From assembly GCA_040954595.2 (NCBI GenBank), contig CM082597.2, positions 3,929,924 through 3,993,923 on the forward strand: a stretch of 64,000 nt of DNA, written 5' to 3'. The notes below the pieces were generated by a model. The model had not been told where the DNA came from, searched no databases, and was given only the letters and a program-made list of their open reading frames with translations. Of the stretch, positions 13,187 through 24,898 are shown one piece after another. The position numbers were made by a program, and so were the translations under genes. Source of the stretch: Balanoglossus misakiensis. Lineage: Eukaryota; Animalia; Hemichordata. The first letter of the stretch is position 1, and every line of letters starts with the position of its first letter.

Positions 13187-15385
13187 TTATTCAGCAAATA
13201 TTTTGATGCAGTGGTTCCTATTGTCGGCAACAACTATTCGGGGTATGACGTCATCAGTCAACGCGATGCCAATTGGGTATATCAAGTTGTCATTACCGCT
13301 ATCGACACGTGAGATGATTTTACCCTGCATGTCTAGTTTACTAACAGCAGATGTACCATACCCACCATGAGTGACATACATGAATCTGTCACCGTCAATA
13401 GCCACACCTCGAGCACCGGTTATCTCTACTGATTCCATGACGACTTTACCATGCACATCGCAACCATACACACGGTCTTCGTCATAGTCTGCCACGTACA
13501 ATGTCCCTGTGCTGCTGATGTCCACAAAGTACGGCCCTTCGAAGGTCACGTGACCACTACCCTGCTTGCCCAGAGTTCTGACATGTTTTCCCTCTTGTGT
13601 GTACACTTCCATCAACCCACTGTCTACACTGCACACGACGACGTTGCCATCGATTGGGTGAATTGAAATACCGACGGGGTCCTTCAGTTCTCCCTGACCG
13701 AAGCATCTGATCAGGTGACCGTCGTCATCACTGACAACTACTTGATTATTGCCTCCATCTGTTGTGAAGTACACATTGTCGGGTGAGATGGCTACATCCT
13801 GGGGTTCGAATGGCTGCTTAAATTTGGTGAAAGTTATGCTTTTCTTGAAGTTCCAGCCTTTGTCGAATATTTGAAGGCGATTGTTGTTTCTGTCCGCGAT
13901 GACGAAATTTCCGTGTTTGTCTTTTGTGATTCCGAAGGGAATAGAAAAGTTGCCGTCTTCACCTCCCGGCTTACCGATGGTTCTAATCAGACCAGGTGCA
14001 CGCGTAGAAAATTCAAATGGTGATCCGGGTAAGCTCTGGTTATCTAACGTCATGGAAACACGATATGACCCTTTACTGTGTGCAGTGATGACTGTAGTAT
14101 GTGTTCCGTCGAAATTGTTATGAAATTCAAGCTGATCTGTTTCACCGTTCGGTTTCCGTACAGAGCCGACGAGTTTCTGTCTCGGAATGACGTCACAGCC
14201 CCTACTGTCTCTAGTCCGTACAACAACACGTGCAGAATCACCGTGCCACATTTGTTTCGGTACATTTTCAATGACGCATTTCTGTACACATGCATCAGCT
14301 TTTATCCACCCGAAGTCGTCAACATTGTTGTCTGATTTTCCCTCGAATTCGAATTCATCTTTCTGCTCTTTATACTCATCTGGCGCGTCCAGAAGTTCAC
14401 GGGCGCGGCGCGTCGTTTCTGGTCGCGTGGACAGCAAGTGCGCGGCATTCCCGTGATGCATCACAGTCTCTGCGTAAGTACGCACGCTGGAGACGTTCCC
14501 GAAATTGAAATCAAACTCTTGAATGAGAATATCCATGTGCTTCACTCTCACGTCGCTTTCTCTTTGTAACCCATCCACTAATCTTTGCTGATTGTTTCTT
14601 ATCCTTTGAATGAGTTGCTCTGCTTTCCTGTTGACCTTTTCCTGTTCTTGAAGACAGTGCGTCTGAATCCTGTCACGTGATGTCTTCATCGCTTTCAGGC
14701 TACTTTGAACCTTGCCTTCTTTCGCTTTCAGTCTTTCAATGTCATCTCGCAGCTGTTCTCGGTATTCTGCGGCAGCTTCTTCCAGGTATCTGTGCGCATG
14801 CTCCGGGACGCGATGGTCGACCACTGTGCACTCAACGCAGACTGGTGCCTGGCAAGTATCGCAGTAAAACTTTAACTTGCTGTCTGCATGGACTGAACAG
14901 TTAACCGCGTGTTCTGCCACTGACTGCCGAGTGGACTTCTGTTCGCTGTGTTCGGCTATAGTCCTCACTTCGTGTGAACTGGTCCCTTTAATTTTTCTAT
15001 GGGCTTTCGCACAGTTGTCACACAGATACTGGGCGCAGTTCACGCAAATATGTGACGCTGCGTTATCTTCACAAATTTCACAAATGTCATGTTTGTCGCC
15101 AGACGCTAACTTTCTTCTCTCGATCACCAAATCAACCAGAGATTCCATCCAGAAATTTCCCTTCAATCCACTTACCCCGCCTTCAGGAAGTTGACAGAGC
15201 GTTTTACAGGTTGGGCAATTCAAGGCGCCATGTTTCTCCACCCAGGTGCACAAACACTGCTCACAGAACGTGTGCAGACACGGCAGAACTTTCGGGTTCT
15301 TGTACCGATCCAGGCAGATCGAACAGGCGACGTAATCGTCGTCGATTTTGTTGAGGAAATCGTCTAAATCAGCGGAGACGGCCAT
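13187..15385 (-). CDS. TRIM2/3-like TRIM-NHL protein, paralog, 732 aa
   Basis: Same architecture. Start set at MAVSADLDDFL (15385) to match the first copy; the ORF track extends to an upstream ATG at 15514. Confidence 0.93.
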   Translation of the reverse strand: MAVSADLDDFLNKIDDDYVACSICLDRYKNPKVLPCLHTFCEQCLCTWVEKHGALNCPTCKTLCQLPEGGVSGLKGNFWMESLVDLVIERRKLASGDKHDICEICEDNAASHICVNCAQYLCDNCAKAHRKIKGTSSHEVRTIAEHSEQKSTRQSVAEHAVNCSVHADSKLKFYCDTCQAPVCVECTVVDHRVPEHAHRYLEEAAAEYREQLRDDIERLKAKEGKVQSSLKAMKTSRDRIQTHCLQEQEKVNRKAEQLIQRIRNNQQRLVDGLQRESDVRVKHMDILIQEFDFNFGNVSSVRTYAETVMHHGNAAHLLSTRPETTRRARELLDAPDEYKEQKDEFEFEGKSDNNVDDFGWIKADACVQKCVIENVPKQMWHGDSARVVVRTRDSRGCDVIPRQKLVGSVRKPNGETDQLEFHNNFDGTHTTVITAHSKGSYRVSMTLDNQSLPGSPFEFSTRAPGLIRTIGKPGGEDGNFSIPFGITKDKHGNFVIADRNNNRLQIFDKGWNFKKSITFTKFKQPFEPQDVAISPDNVYFTTDGGNNQVVVSDDDGHLIRCFGQGELKDPVGISIHPIDGNVVVCSVDSGLMEVYTQEGKHVRTLGKQGSGHVTFEGPYFVDISSTGTLYVADYDEDRVYGCDVHGKVVMESVEITGARGVAIDGDRFMYVTHGGYGTSAVSKLDMQGKIISRVDSGNDNLIYPIGIALTDDVIPRIVVADNRNHCIKIFAE

Positions 15386-17304
15386 CGTTACACGAAATCT
15401 GATTGGTAACTGAATGGAACTGTGGCCCACTTCGGGGTTTGTTCGTTCAGAACCTCTCAGTTTTGTGAGAATTATCAATATGGGAGATTTTCGAGATAGC
15501 TGGCGTCCGCCCATGTGATAATATAAAACACAACTTTCTTCTCTTTTGTCTCTTTATTAACTTCAGTAAAAACTTCAAGACATTTAATACAATGATAAGA
15601 ATATAAACTTACTTTCCAACCCTTGTGGGACTTAATAAGTCAATAGTTGTCATCGACTTAGGTGGTCTTAAGAGCATTGTTAGTCAGCTTAGAAGTTTGC
15701 ACGTAGAGACGATAACAAGAATGATTTACCACTCAAAAAATGCTGATGTCGACAGGTAGCGATAACTGTACTAGCTCAGTGCGGCGCGGGTTAATTTTCA
15801 AGCGCAAAAGATCATTACCGGGACTGGTTGCTTAGAGACAGGTACTGAATGACAGGAATATGGATCGATGAACGAGGCGTGTACATGGTCCACTTGCTGC
15901 GTATTCATCAGAAGTGGGGACTTATTGTTCAGTTCGGCGAACTTAAACAGAAAGAAAATCAAGTGACCTAAATTTTAAGTCAGTCTTCTCCGAGTTTTCT
16001 CTCCAAAATAATTTGATAGCTCTAGCTATAACAAGAAAGGTATCATATGATATGAAGGGACAACGGCCATATCAGGTATCTGCAGAGTAATGAAAGGAAA
16101 ACAAAGTTGCACATTTGGTGGGCGTTTTTCAACGCCTGGCACATGTTTCTGTGGAAATATTTATGCAAAAATTGTGTCATTGGTAGAAATAGTAACACTT
16201 CCCCTAGTGTTATTTTACAATAAATAAAAAAAATAAGTTCCTGCCAACATATTTTTCTGGTTTGACCATGCTACAGGTAGCACACTTTTTTATTTTGTCC
16301 TAATAACAAATAAAATAACTTTTTTTTTTCTCGAATTTCTTAAATACAATTCACAATTCTCTGACCGTGACATAATTCGTTGTGTCGCATGGAAGCTAAA
16401 TGTTAACCAGTTTGGGAATTTTTCGCCCCAGTCATAACAAATAACGCTTTTGATTTTGTGTCCTGGGAAAGGCGTACTTCAAGCTATATATTAATAATAA
16501 AACAGCAAAGTAATGTCTATGCCATATATAAGCAAATAATAAGTAATTATACTCTGTGTAAAATCGACAATAATCAATCGATAAAGTGTTCAATAATTGA
16601 GGCCTCATATCACGAATTACGTCGTCTCACCAAGAATTGGCAGCTATCAATAATATCACTGATCAGTGGTACGTGCTTCCGTTAGTCTCTATTGTTGTTG
16701 TCTGCCATCAAAATCAACAGAGCACGACCTTTCATCGTTTGGGGTCGAGCCCCCGACGACTTCTGCAATACCAGACCATTGACATGTCTGTCCGTTATCA
16801 CCACTGTTTGCTGCAAAGTCAACAACTCTGTCACGATATCGGCTGGGGTAATGACATGGAATACGTTGAAATATGTGATTCTGGGGTTTAACGTGTTTAC
16901 ACTCAGAGCTACACAGTGACGACACGCCCCGATATAGCACGTAAAGAAATGTCTTTTGTACATACCAAACGCTACCTCAACTAACCAAGGGCGTCCATAT
17001 CAAATTTTAGTATCAGAAAAAAATCTAACTGTACTAGTATATAAAGCATATCAAAGTTAAGAGCAAAACCTGTGTAAATATTGCCCCCTCTTATTGTTAC
17101 AATGCGATTATATTTAAGAAAACCTATATTCTCCCGGGATTTTTAGTTTTTTTCTGTACTTCTGTTAAATATGTTTTTGGTCTGTATATTAAATATGGTT
17201 CACCTATCTACTTCCTCAAACATTGGACCATACTTCCACATTTTTTAAAATTCTCAGGAATGTAATAACTTAGGATAGTCCCTATAATCTTTAACAGTTA
17301 TACG

Positions 17305-19749
17305 CTAATTGTCTTTACTCATTTGACGGGGAGCTGGTACTGGTTTGTGCGTTGGCTTAGGGGGTTTCTTCGGCGGCAGTGTGGCGGGCCGGCCTCGTGA
17401 TGGCGGCGGCGCGTCCGGTTTCTGTGACTGGACAGTGTTCGAAGCGCTCTGGTCAGCTGGTGACTTCTCGGCGCCAGCAGGCTGGTCAGTTTTGGCCTTA
17501 GATGAAAGGCGGGGAGGTGGTTGGTGATCTGGTGGCGCCGCCGGTTTCGGCGAAGGAGGGGGGTCAGCGGGTCGCTCGGGTTTTGCGGGAAGTTGGGTGT
17601 CTGGTGACCTGACGGGTTGTTCAGACGCAGACGCGTCAGAACCATAGGGCGCTGGTAGTGGCGGTGGCGACTTGGTCTTCGCGGCGACTTGTTCGGGTAT
17701 TGACGCTGTACGGGTGTCGGCCAATCGGGGTGGTTTGCGTGGTGCCTGTTTGTCAGCTGCCTCTGCTCCTTGTGATGACGGCGGCGCTGGGGCAACGCCC
17801 TTTTGTTTTCCTGGTGATGGTGATGGCGGTGGTTGGCCACGCCCCGGTGGTGGTGGCGGTGGAGGGGGGCCGGTTTTGGGACGAGCTGGTGAGGGTGGAG
17901 GCGGACCACCCGACGGAGGGGGAGGCGCAGACTGGGCTTTCACTTCTGCGGGAATGTTCTCCGACCGTGGAAGAGAATCACCTCTTTGTATTGGCTGTGG
18001 TGGTACTGGCGGGGGCTGCCCTCCACTGGTGGTACAAGATGGCGGAGGTGGTGGTGGTGGACCACTAGAGCGGCCTGGTGATTGTAAAGGCGGTGGTGGC
18101 GGTGGTTGGTGGCTCACCTTTACCTGACCTTCCGTTCTCGGCAGCGAATTTCCTTTACATTCCGACTGTGAGGACGACGAAGATGGAATATCTTCGAACT
18201 GGCTTTTTTGTCGTGGCAACGAGTTGCTTTTGGAACCGGGCTGGGGCGGTACTGTAGGTGGATGGGTGGCCGCGCCGCGCCCGTGAGATGGCGGTGGTCG
18301 TGGCGGTGGTGGGGAGGTTATCACCGACCGGCTTCCTGGTGGTCGAGCAGGCGGTGCCGACTGGATGAAATAGATGTCAAACGGGGAACCTGGCACTGGT
18401 TGGTCGCTTATTGTGACGTCAACGCGGCATTTGCCACTGGCCAGACCGCCATCTACTTTCACAGCATGCACGCCATCGGCGCAGTATGCAACCTTCAATG
18501 CTACGTCCGACCCACTTAGCTTTGTTACCTTTACGTTAATAGGTTGGCGGGGAATAATGTCTTTGCCGTCACTGTCTCTTGTGGTGATGAAAAATGTCTC
18601 TGTCTGGTCTTTTACGATTCTGTTATGCTCGATTTGAATAGAGCATTTCGGAACACAAACGTCCGACTTCAAGACATCCCATTTCTCGAGGTCAGGAATC
18701 TCAAACGATATATTCTTTTCTTGGGCAATGACAGTTTCTGTTTTCTGGAGATCTTCAATTCTGCCCATCGCGTCTTTAGTGGCTGACATGAGATGAATGG
18801 CGTTTCCTTGCTGTATCAGGGTTTCTAAGTAACTACGCATGCTCACAATGTTGCCGTACTTGAATTCTAGGTCGCTGACCAGAGCTTCCGCCATCTTCAA
18901 CTTCTGCTTGTAGGCACTATCTATCTCATTTTGCAGTTTCTCACCTTCCAGCTTGACCTTTCGAAGTTTCTCCTCCACGATCTCCTGGGCGTTTTTCTTC
19001 TGTTCGTCACACCACTGCTTCAGGTCCTCACACGTCTGCCTGGCCGCGGTCTTACTGCTGCCGGCCTCCTTGGCCTTCACCTGAAACTTTCCGACGATCT
19101 CCGACAGCTTGGCCGTGTACTCGTCGGCCACTTCTTGCAGGTCCCGGTGGGAGTGGTCGGGCACGCGGTGGTTGACGACCGTGCACGCCGTGCAGACTGG
19201 AGCCTGGCACGTATCGCAGAAGAATTCCACCTTGTTCTGCTTGTGTACGCTGCAGAATGTAGCCGGCTGAACAGTGGCGGGGTTTTTGACCTTAGCGTCC
19301 TTGTAGGCGTCCAGCGAGAGGACTTTATGGGTGCTGGTCAGCTTCGTGTTACCGTGGGCTTTGGCGCAGTTGCCGCAGCATTTCTGGTTGCAATCGATGC
19401 AGATACTCGACGCCACGGTTTCTTGACACCACTCGCACGTGTTCGCCTGCGCCGCGTCCTTCTTCGGTCGCTTGTCGACCAGCTCCAACAAGGAATTCAT
19501 GAAGAAATTGTTTTCCAGGGCGGGCACCCCATCGCCCGAGAGCTGACACGGTTTCCGGCAAGTGGGGCAGTCCAGTCGCCCGTGGCCCTGCCCCACCACA
19601 GTTTTCAAGCACGGCTGGCAGAACGTGTGGTGGCAAGGCAGAATCTTCGGCGCCTTGAACTGCTCCAGGCAGATGGAGCAGGTGAGGAAACCCTCACCGA
19701 GCTCGTGTAAGATGCTATCCGACGATTTTTCAGGGCTTGATCCGGCCAT
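17305..19749 (-). CDS. TRIM (RBCC + filamin) protein with ~350-aa proline-rich tail, 814 aa
   Basis: RING, two B-boxes, coiled coil, filamin ending VPGSPF, then poly-Pro/PxxP low-complexity tail; no NHL repeats. Confidence 0.9.
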   Translation of the reverse strand: MAGSSPEKSSDSILHELGEGFLTCSICLEQFKAPKILPCHHTFCQPCLKTVVGQGHGRLDCPTCRKPCQLSGDGVPALENNFFMNSLLELVDKRPKKDAAQANTCEWCQETVASSICIDCNQKCCGNCAKAHGNTKLTSTHKVLSLDAYKDAKVKNPATVQPATFCSVHKQNKVEFFCDTCQAPVCTACTVVNHRVPDHSHRDLQEVADEYTAKLSEIVGKFQVKAKEAGSSKTAARQTCEDLKQWCDEQKKNAQEIVEEKLRKVKLEGEKLQNEIDSAYKQKLKMAEALVSDLEFKYGNIVSMRSYLETLIQQGNAIHLMSATKDAMGRIEDLQKTETVIAQEKNISFEIPDLEKWDVLKSDVCVPKCSIQIEHNRIVKDQTETFFITTRDSDGKDIIPRQPINVKVTKLSGSDVALKVAYCADGVHAVKVDGGLASGKCRVDVTISDQPVPGSPFDIYFIQSAPPARPPGSRSVITSPPPPRPPPSHGRGAATHPPTVPPQPGSKSNSLPRQKSQFEDIPSSSSSQSECKGNSLPRTEGQVKVSHQPPPPPPLQSPGRSSGPPPPPPPSCTTSGGQPPPVPPQPIQRGDSLPRSENIPAEVKAQSAPPPPSGGPPPPSPARPKTGPPPPPPPPGRGQPPPSPSPGKQKGVAPAPPSSQGAEAADKQAPRKPPRLADTRTASIPEQVAAKTKSPPPLPAPYGSDASASEQPVRSPDTQLPAKPERPADPPPSPKPAAPPDHQPPPRLSSKAKTDQPAGAEKSPADQSASNTVQSQKPDAPPPSRGRPATLPPKKPPKPTHKPVPAPRQMSKDN

Positions 19750-20687
19750 TCTTCCTGTACATGTGATGACGAGCTCACAGTGGTGGCCTTGTGATCAGCC
19801 AACATACACATCATGTGACCCCTTAGGTTGTTGAACATCATCAGACTTCCTGGTAGTCGACGTGACCAGAATAACCGGCGGAGGTGTCGCGTGCACTGAT
19901 TTATTAGCGATTAAAATTCAAACACGTGCGCCGTCCGTGATAAGTTATTCTGTAATATTATAAAACAATGAACCATATTATAATATAAAATAAACTTTTG
20001 GTCGTTTGCCAAAAAATTAAATATTTACGTCATTAATTGTGCAAGGATCGTTTACTCCTTCATGTGATCATTTGTGTTATAAATTTTAAGTCGATAATTT
20101 GAATATTTCGCCTTTTTTCATTTTTTAATTAATGCATGCACGCATGCTTAGTAATACGTCGACAGAGCTGCATGGATGGATCGGTATGTGATTTTAAAAA
20201 TGGGGTTAGGCCTACATGAAAGGAAAAAAACGGCGTGTGTTTCTTAGCTATTTGTCATTTCGTACGTCGATGGCCACAGACCAACCGGTCAGTTTTATAA
20301 TAGAAGTCCTGCGCTCTTAAAATTTTACTGGTTTAGGCTTAATTCGACACTTCACTGTTTTTAGTGAACGAAATATGTAACCGCATACCTCAGCCAACAT
20401 TCCGACACGCCATGTGTCACTTCAATGATAAATGCAAGGTGTACAAAGCTTGTACACCTCTCTGCCCCAACCGTGTTGGAATCCACCATTATATTCTTGT
20501 CTTTTTCTTTTTAAATCGCACCAGATATAGGCTACATGGTGAAATGACCAAACCAAAAGCTGGTGCTTGTAAAAAAAATAACCAGTAAAAAGTGTAAAAA
20601 CCAGACCACTGTCTGACCATGGACGTAAAAAAGAGGATTTTACGCCCATGGTCTGACCAGTATGACCTGCTTACGCAGGGAATGTCT

Positions 20688-21219
20688 TAGCTCTGCGTGG
20701 CAGGGCTGTGTTGTTACGGCGAGCCTCCACCCACAGCCCTGCAAAGCTCCATAGACAAAACTGGCGAAACTCAACGGATTTGTATCGGCAGGGTTTCCTT
20801 ACCGAAAACCGCCGATTTCGAACTCAAAACGTGGGTCGATCTTCGTTACTGGCCTCGATTACTCCAGTCGCTAGCAATTTGAGCTCAATTCCACCTGATT
20901 TTCGATGTTTAGGCTCCTGGGTTAACTCGTTGGTCAACGAGATCGAAATGGCTGCGTTCTTAGGGGTCTTCTCGCATTAACATCGAAAATGGGGCTTAAC
21001 GCAAGCAATTAGGTAGAGTTGAGCTCAAATTGCTAGCGACTGGAGTAATCGAGGCCAGTAACGAAGATCGACCCACGTTTTGAGTTCGAAATCGGCGGTT
21101 TTCGGTAAGGAAACCCTGCCGATACAAATCCGTTGAGTTTCGCCAGTTTTGTCTATGGAGCTTTGCAGGGCTGTGGGTGGAGGCTCGCCGTAACAACACA
21201 GCCCTGCCACGCAGAGCTA
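20688..21219. mobile_element. Non-autonomous Mutator/foldback-like DNA transposon, 532 bp
   Basis: ~201-bp near-perfect inverted repeats (20688-20888, 21019-21219) and 9-bp direct repeat GGAATGTCT on both sides (20679-20687, 21220-21228). Confidence 0.85.
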
Positions 21220-21440
21220 GGAATGTCTGTGTGGTGGGGTTATGAATCAAACTCGGTGGTTTTGCAGAAATGAGTACTAGCCTTGTACAACAGTGTGGTC
21301 TCATGCTTTGATTTGTCGTTGGAGTCACAAGTGGCATGCATGTCGGAATGCTGACTGAGGGATATGCAGTTGCGTCCCGCACAAGCTTCGAGCTTAGTGT
21401 CAGATTGGGATCAGCGTAAAGGATAATTTATGCATTATCG

Positions 21441-21509
21441 ACCAATCAGAGAACGTTTCGATCTCACCAATCAGTGACCATGGCGCCAATGTTTGAATGG
21501 TATAAATAG
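21441..21509 (+). promoter_or_regulatory. Histone H3 promoter (CCAAT boxes and TATA)
   Basis: CCAAT near 21442, 21467 and 21486; TATAAATA at 21501. Confidence 0.75.
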
Positions 21510-21549
21510 AGAGAGCAACTGAGTGGAACCATAGGCAGTCTGAATTTGA

Positions 21550-21969
<420 letters not shown>

Positions 21970-21998
21970 ACTGTGTGCCTAGCATACACAAACATAAC

Positions 21999-22035
21999 GG
22001 CCCTTTTCAGGGCCACCACATCCTCCAAAAAGAGA
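21999..22035 (+). promoter_or_regulatory. Histone mRNA 3' stem-loop and downstream element
   Basis: GGCCCTTTTCAGGGCC (21999-22014), then ACCACA, then purine-rich AAAAAGAGA. Confidence 0.93.
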
Positions 22036-22951
22036 ACTACCGTTGTGTCTTCGTCTGTATGTCAAATTGATTTAAAAAAGCGAAAATGTGAACAGAAAAC
22101 AGGGATGAGAAATTTGGGCTAACTACATTTGCATTTGTTGTATGGTTCACAAACCCTGCTTCTATTGTTCGCAACTGAAGCCCTATCACTACACACAATT
22201 CACACATGCACAGTTCTAACAAAAGTCCGCACCACTGATGGTTGCTATGCTTGATTGGGTGATCTGCATAAATCTATCCACACAATCACAAATGCGTAAA
22301 CAATGGTCATTACCCGTACACATACAGGCCATGAAAGCGAAGTAGACCCCGATAAATAACCACTATAGGGCCACCACATCCTCCCAATAGATAACTGCCC
22401 TACGTCTGTATTGTTAATTGTTTTTTAGGGTTACCGCGGCAGTAAATCACGTTTGTAGTTCGCATTTTCAGTTCCCCCTGGTAGCATCTGGACAAGTAAA
22501 CTTGCCAAGTGGTCTACCAGTCGAATGCGCGCCTCGAATCGCTTATAGTTGTTAATCTGCTGATGAAGCAGACTTGCCAAATATAGTCAACACGCAATTG
22601 AACACAAATACTCACCAAAATATTTCAATTTGGCTACGTGCCAGATTTGAACAGGAAGCGAATTGTTACAGATCACGCATTGTCACCCACATTGACCTGA
22701 TTGAGCTAGTGTAGCCTATATAATGATCAACCACTTAATCATTGACAAATGGCCACATAGCTAGCTGTACACCTTATAGTTATATTTAGGTGTTCCGTAA
22801 GAGACGTTATACAACCGAGGATTGATTCACACCAAGAACTGTTAGTACTAAGGCCTAACCAAAACTTTTGGATTTCATATCAAGTACGGGGGAAGCTTGG
22901 GACACTTAGTTTCTTGCTTGTGCAAACCAGCTACACTGCTAGACGAGTAGG

Positions 22952-24898
22952 ATGTCCGACTACTTTGACGAGCTTCTGGACGACCTCGGGGATGACTTCC
23001 TGAAATGTTCAATTTGCCACACCAGGTTTAACAACCCGAAGATTTTACCCTGCTACCACACCTTTTGCGAAACGTGCCTTGTCACTTCTCACAACGCGGC
23101 CAAAGGACGTCTGATCTGCGCAATATGTCGGAAGCTGTGGAAGCTCTCGACAGAAAATGTGGCCAGTTTGGACAACAACACCTTCATGGATTCTGTTCTA
23201 GAAATGGTGAGTGAACTACCGGAGAGAAAACCTGGGATTTGTGAATTGTGCGAGGAAACCAAAGCTACCCACATCTGTGTGGAATGCCAGCAGACGTGCT
23301 GCGGCAACTGTTTCAAAGTGCATAGAAACACAAATATCACCAGTGGCCACAATGTCCAAACGATTGACGTCTACAGGGAATCAAAGGTCAGGAATCCACA
23401 CTACCTACAACCGTCGACACGCTGTGGTGTGCACAGAGCGAATAAAGTGGCGTTGTTCTGTGATACCTGCCAAGTAGCAGTCTGCACAGCCTGCACGGTT
23501 GACAATCACCGCATCCCTGACCACGTGCACAGGAATCTGCTGGAAGTGACGTCAGAATTATCAGTGAGTCTGTCTGGGATGGTTGAGGATATGAAGGCAA
23601 AAGCCGCCGAAGCCTGCGAGAGTAGATTAGCTGCCAAGTCCGCGCGTGACGAGATCCGTCGACAATGCACTGCTCTGAAAGAGAAGGTCTCTCAAGAAGT
23701 GGACGACAAAATTAAAAGGGTAAGAAGGGAAGGGGAGAGACTCGTACTCGAAATTGAAGACTTTTGCGAGCAGAAGGTGAGCGTCGCCGAAGGAGAGGAA
23801 GGACGCATGGAATTCAAGTATGGCAACCTAGCGAGCATGTGCAGTTACTTGGAAACTCTGATTCTCAGAGGACACTTCCCACGGCTACTAGCAGCTAACC
23901 AAGACTCTTCTGGTCACATCGGGGATCTGTTGAAGACGATGACTGCACTAAAGCCACATGAGACCACCACACCATTTAAAATATCACAGACATTGCAAAG
24001 CGAGCTCGATGTCTTGAAATCTGATGCCTGTGTCTCAAAATGCTCAATCGAGAATATCCCCTCCGAGATTAAACATGAAGATTGTGTGATTCTTTACATA
24101 AAGACTAGGGATGGAGATGGGCGGGAGGTCATCCCTCGCCAGAAGGTCACGGTGACCTTGACTGATCCTCATGGCTCGCACTCTATGCTGGAAGTCAATC
24201 ATGGGATTGGGGTTCAATGTGTGTACATTAATGGCGAGGCAGCATCTGGTAGATGTCAAGTGAGTGTCGACATAATGGGACAACCAGTGCCGGGGTCACC
24301 GTTTGAGATACATTTCTTGTCGTCACCTGAACCACCACCACCACCACCACCACCACCATCATCACCATCACTGCAACCACAGTTTGTTGGGCCATCAGTT
24401 GTGCCATTACCAGCATGTGTAAGAGCCCCCTCAACACGGCTGTCAGGTAATGAGAGTAAAGGACAACTGCAAGCTCCATCTCCTCAATTTGCGCCATATC
24501 CAACCAACAGTCGCCCATCACCTCAAACTCCACCACCAAAATTGGCAACAAATACCACTATGAACCAAATGCTACCACAAGCAAAACGAGAACAGATCCC
24601 AAGGATTATTGATTCGAAGTCAAACAGGTACGGCATACTGCTGGAAAACCTACCACCGGAATATGTAGATGCAGTCATTCCACTCCAAACACCACTGGCA
24701 CAAACTCCCAAGGCGGAAGATGCACAGACTCAAAGAAAGAGCAAAAGCAGGCCAACAATCACAACGACACAAAGTAACACCACTGCAGAACCAATGGATG
24801 CAGGAGCAGCACCATCACCGTCACAACCAGCTCGCAGAAAAAAGGGGCCACCACCACCAGTTCCTCCCAGGAAAGGTTTATCAAAACGCAAAAAGTAA
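22952..24898 (+). CDS. TRIM (RBCC + filamin) protein with proline-rich tail, 648 aa
   Basis: RING CSIC...LPCYHTFCETC...CAIC, two B-boxes, coiled coil, filamin (VPGSPF), poly-Pro; ends PPPPVPPRKGLSKRKK. Confidence 0.9.
   Translation: MSDYFDELLDDLGDDFLKCSICHTRFNNPKILPCYHTFCETCLVTSHNAAKGRLICAICRKLWKLSTENVASLDNNTFMDSVLEMVSELPERKPGICELCEETKATHICVECQQTCCGNCFKVHRNTNITSGHNVQTIDVYRESKVRNPHYLQPSTRCGVHRANKVALFCDTCQVAVCTACTVDNHRIPDHVHRNLLEVTSELSVSLSGMVEDMKAKAAEACESRLAAKSARDEIRRQCTALKEKVSQEVDDKIKRVRREGERLVLEIEDFCEQKVSVAEGEEGRMEFKYGNLASMCSYLETLILRGHFPRLLAANQDSSGHIGDLLKTMTALKPHETTTPFKISQTLQSELDVLKSDACVSKCSIENIPSEIKHEDCVILYIKTRDGDGREVIPRQKVTVTLTDPHGSHSMLEVNHGIGVQCVYINGEAASGRCQVSVDIMGQPVPGSPFEIHFLSSPEPPPPPPPPPSSPSLQPQFVGPSVVPLPACVRAPSTRLSGNESKGQLQAPSPQFAPYPTNSRPSPQTPPPKLATNTTMNQMLPQAKREQIPRIIDSKSNRYGILLENLPPEYVDAVIPLQTPLAQTPKAEDAQTQRKSKSRPTITTTQSNTTAEPMDAGAAPSPSQPARRKKGPPPPVPPRKGLSKRKK

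Larger units (their letters stand above)
8282..16174. repeat. Tandem duplication of a ~3.6-kb unit (8282-11873 and 12615-16174), each carrying a TRIM-NHL gene
   Basis: Highly similar sequence over CDS and both flanks, starting CCAACATCCGGGTAGT in each copy; ~740-bp spacer. Confidence 0.92.

Noticed and set aside
15386-15514. 43-aa N-terminal extension of the second TRIM-NHL
   Set aside because: The paralog has a stop just upstream of the shared MAVSADL start; the extension is likely untranslated.
16637-16963. Cluster of overlapping short ORFs between TRIM genes
   Set aside because: No motifs or convincing splice structure.
18931-19710. 259-aa plus-strand ORF
   Set aside because: Antisense shadow of the GC3-rich TRIM coding sequence; no recognisable domain.
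20697-21210. Identical 61-aa ORFs on opposite strands
   Set aside because: A consequence of the transposon inverted repeats.
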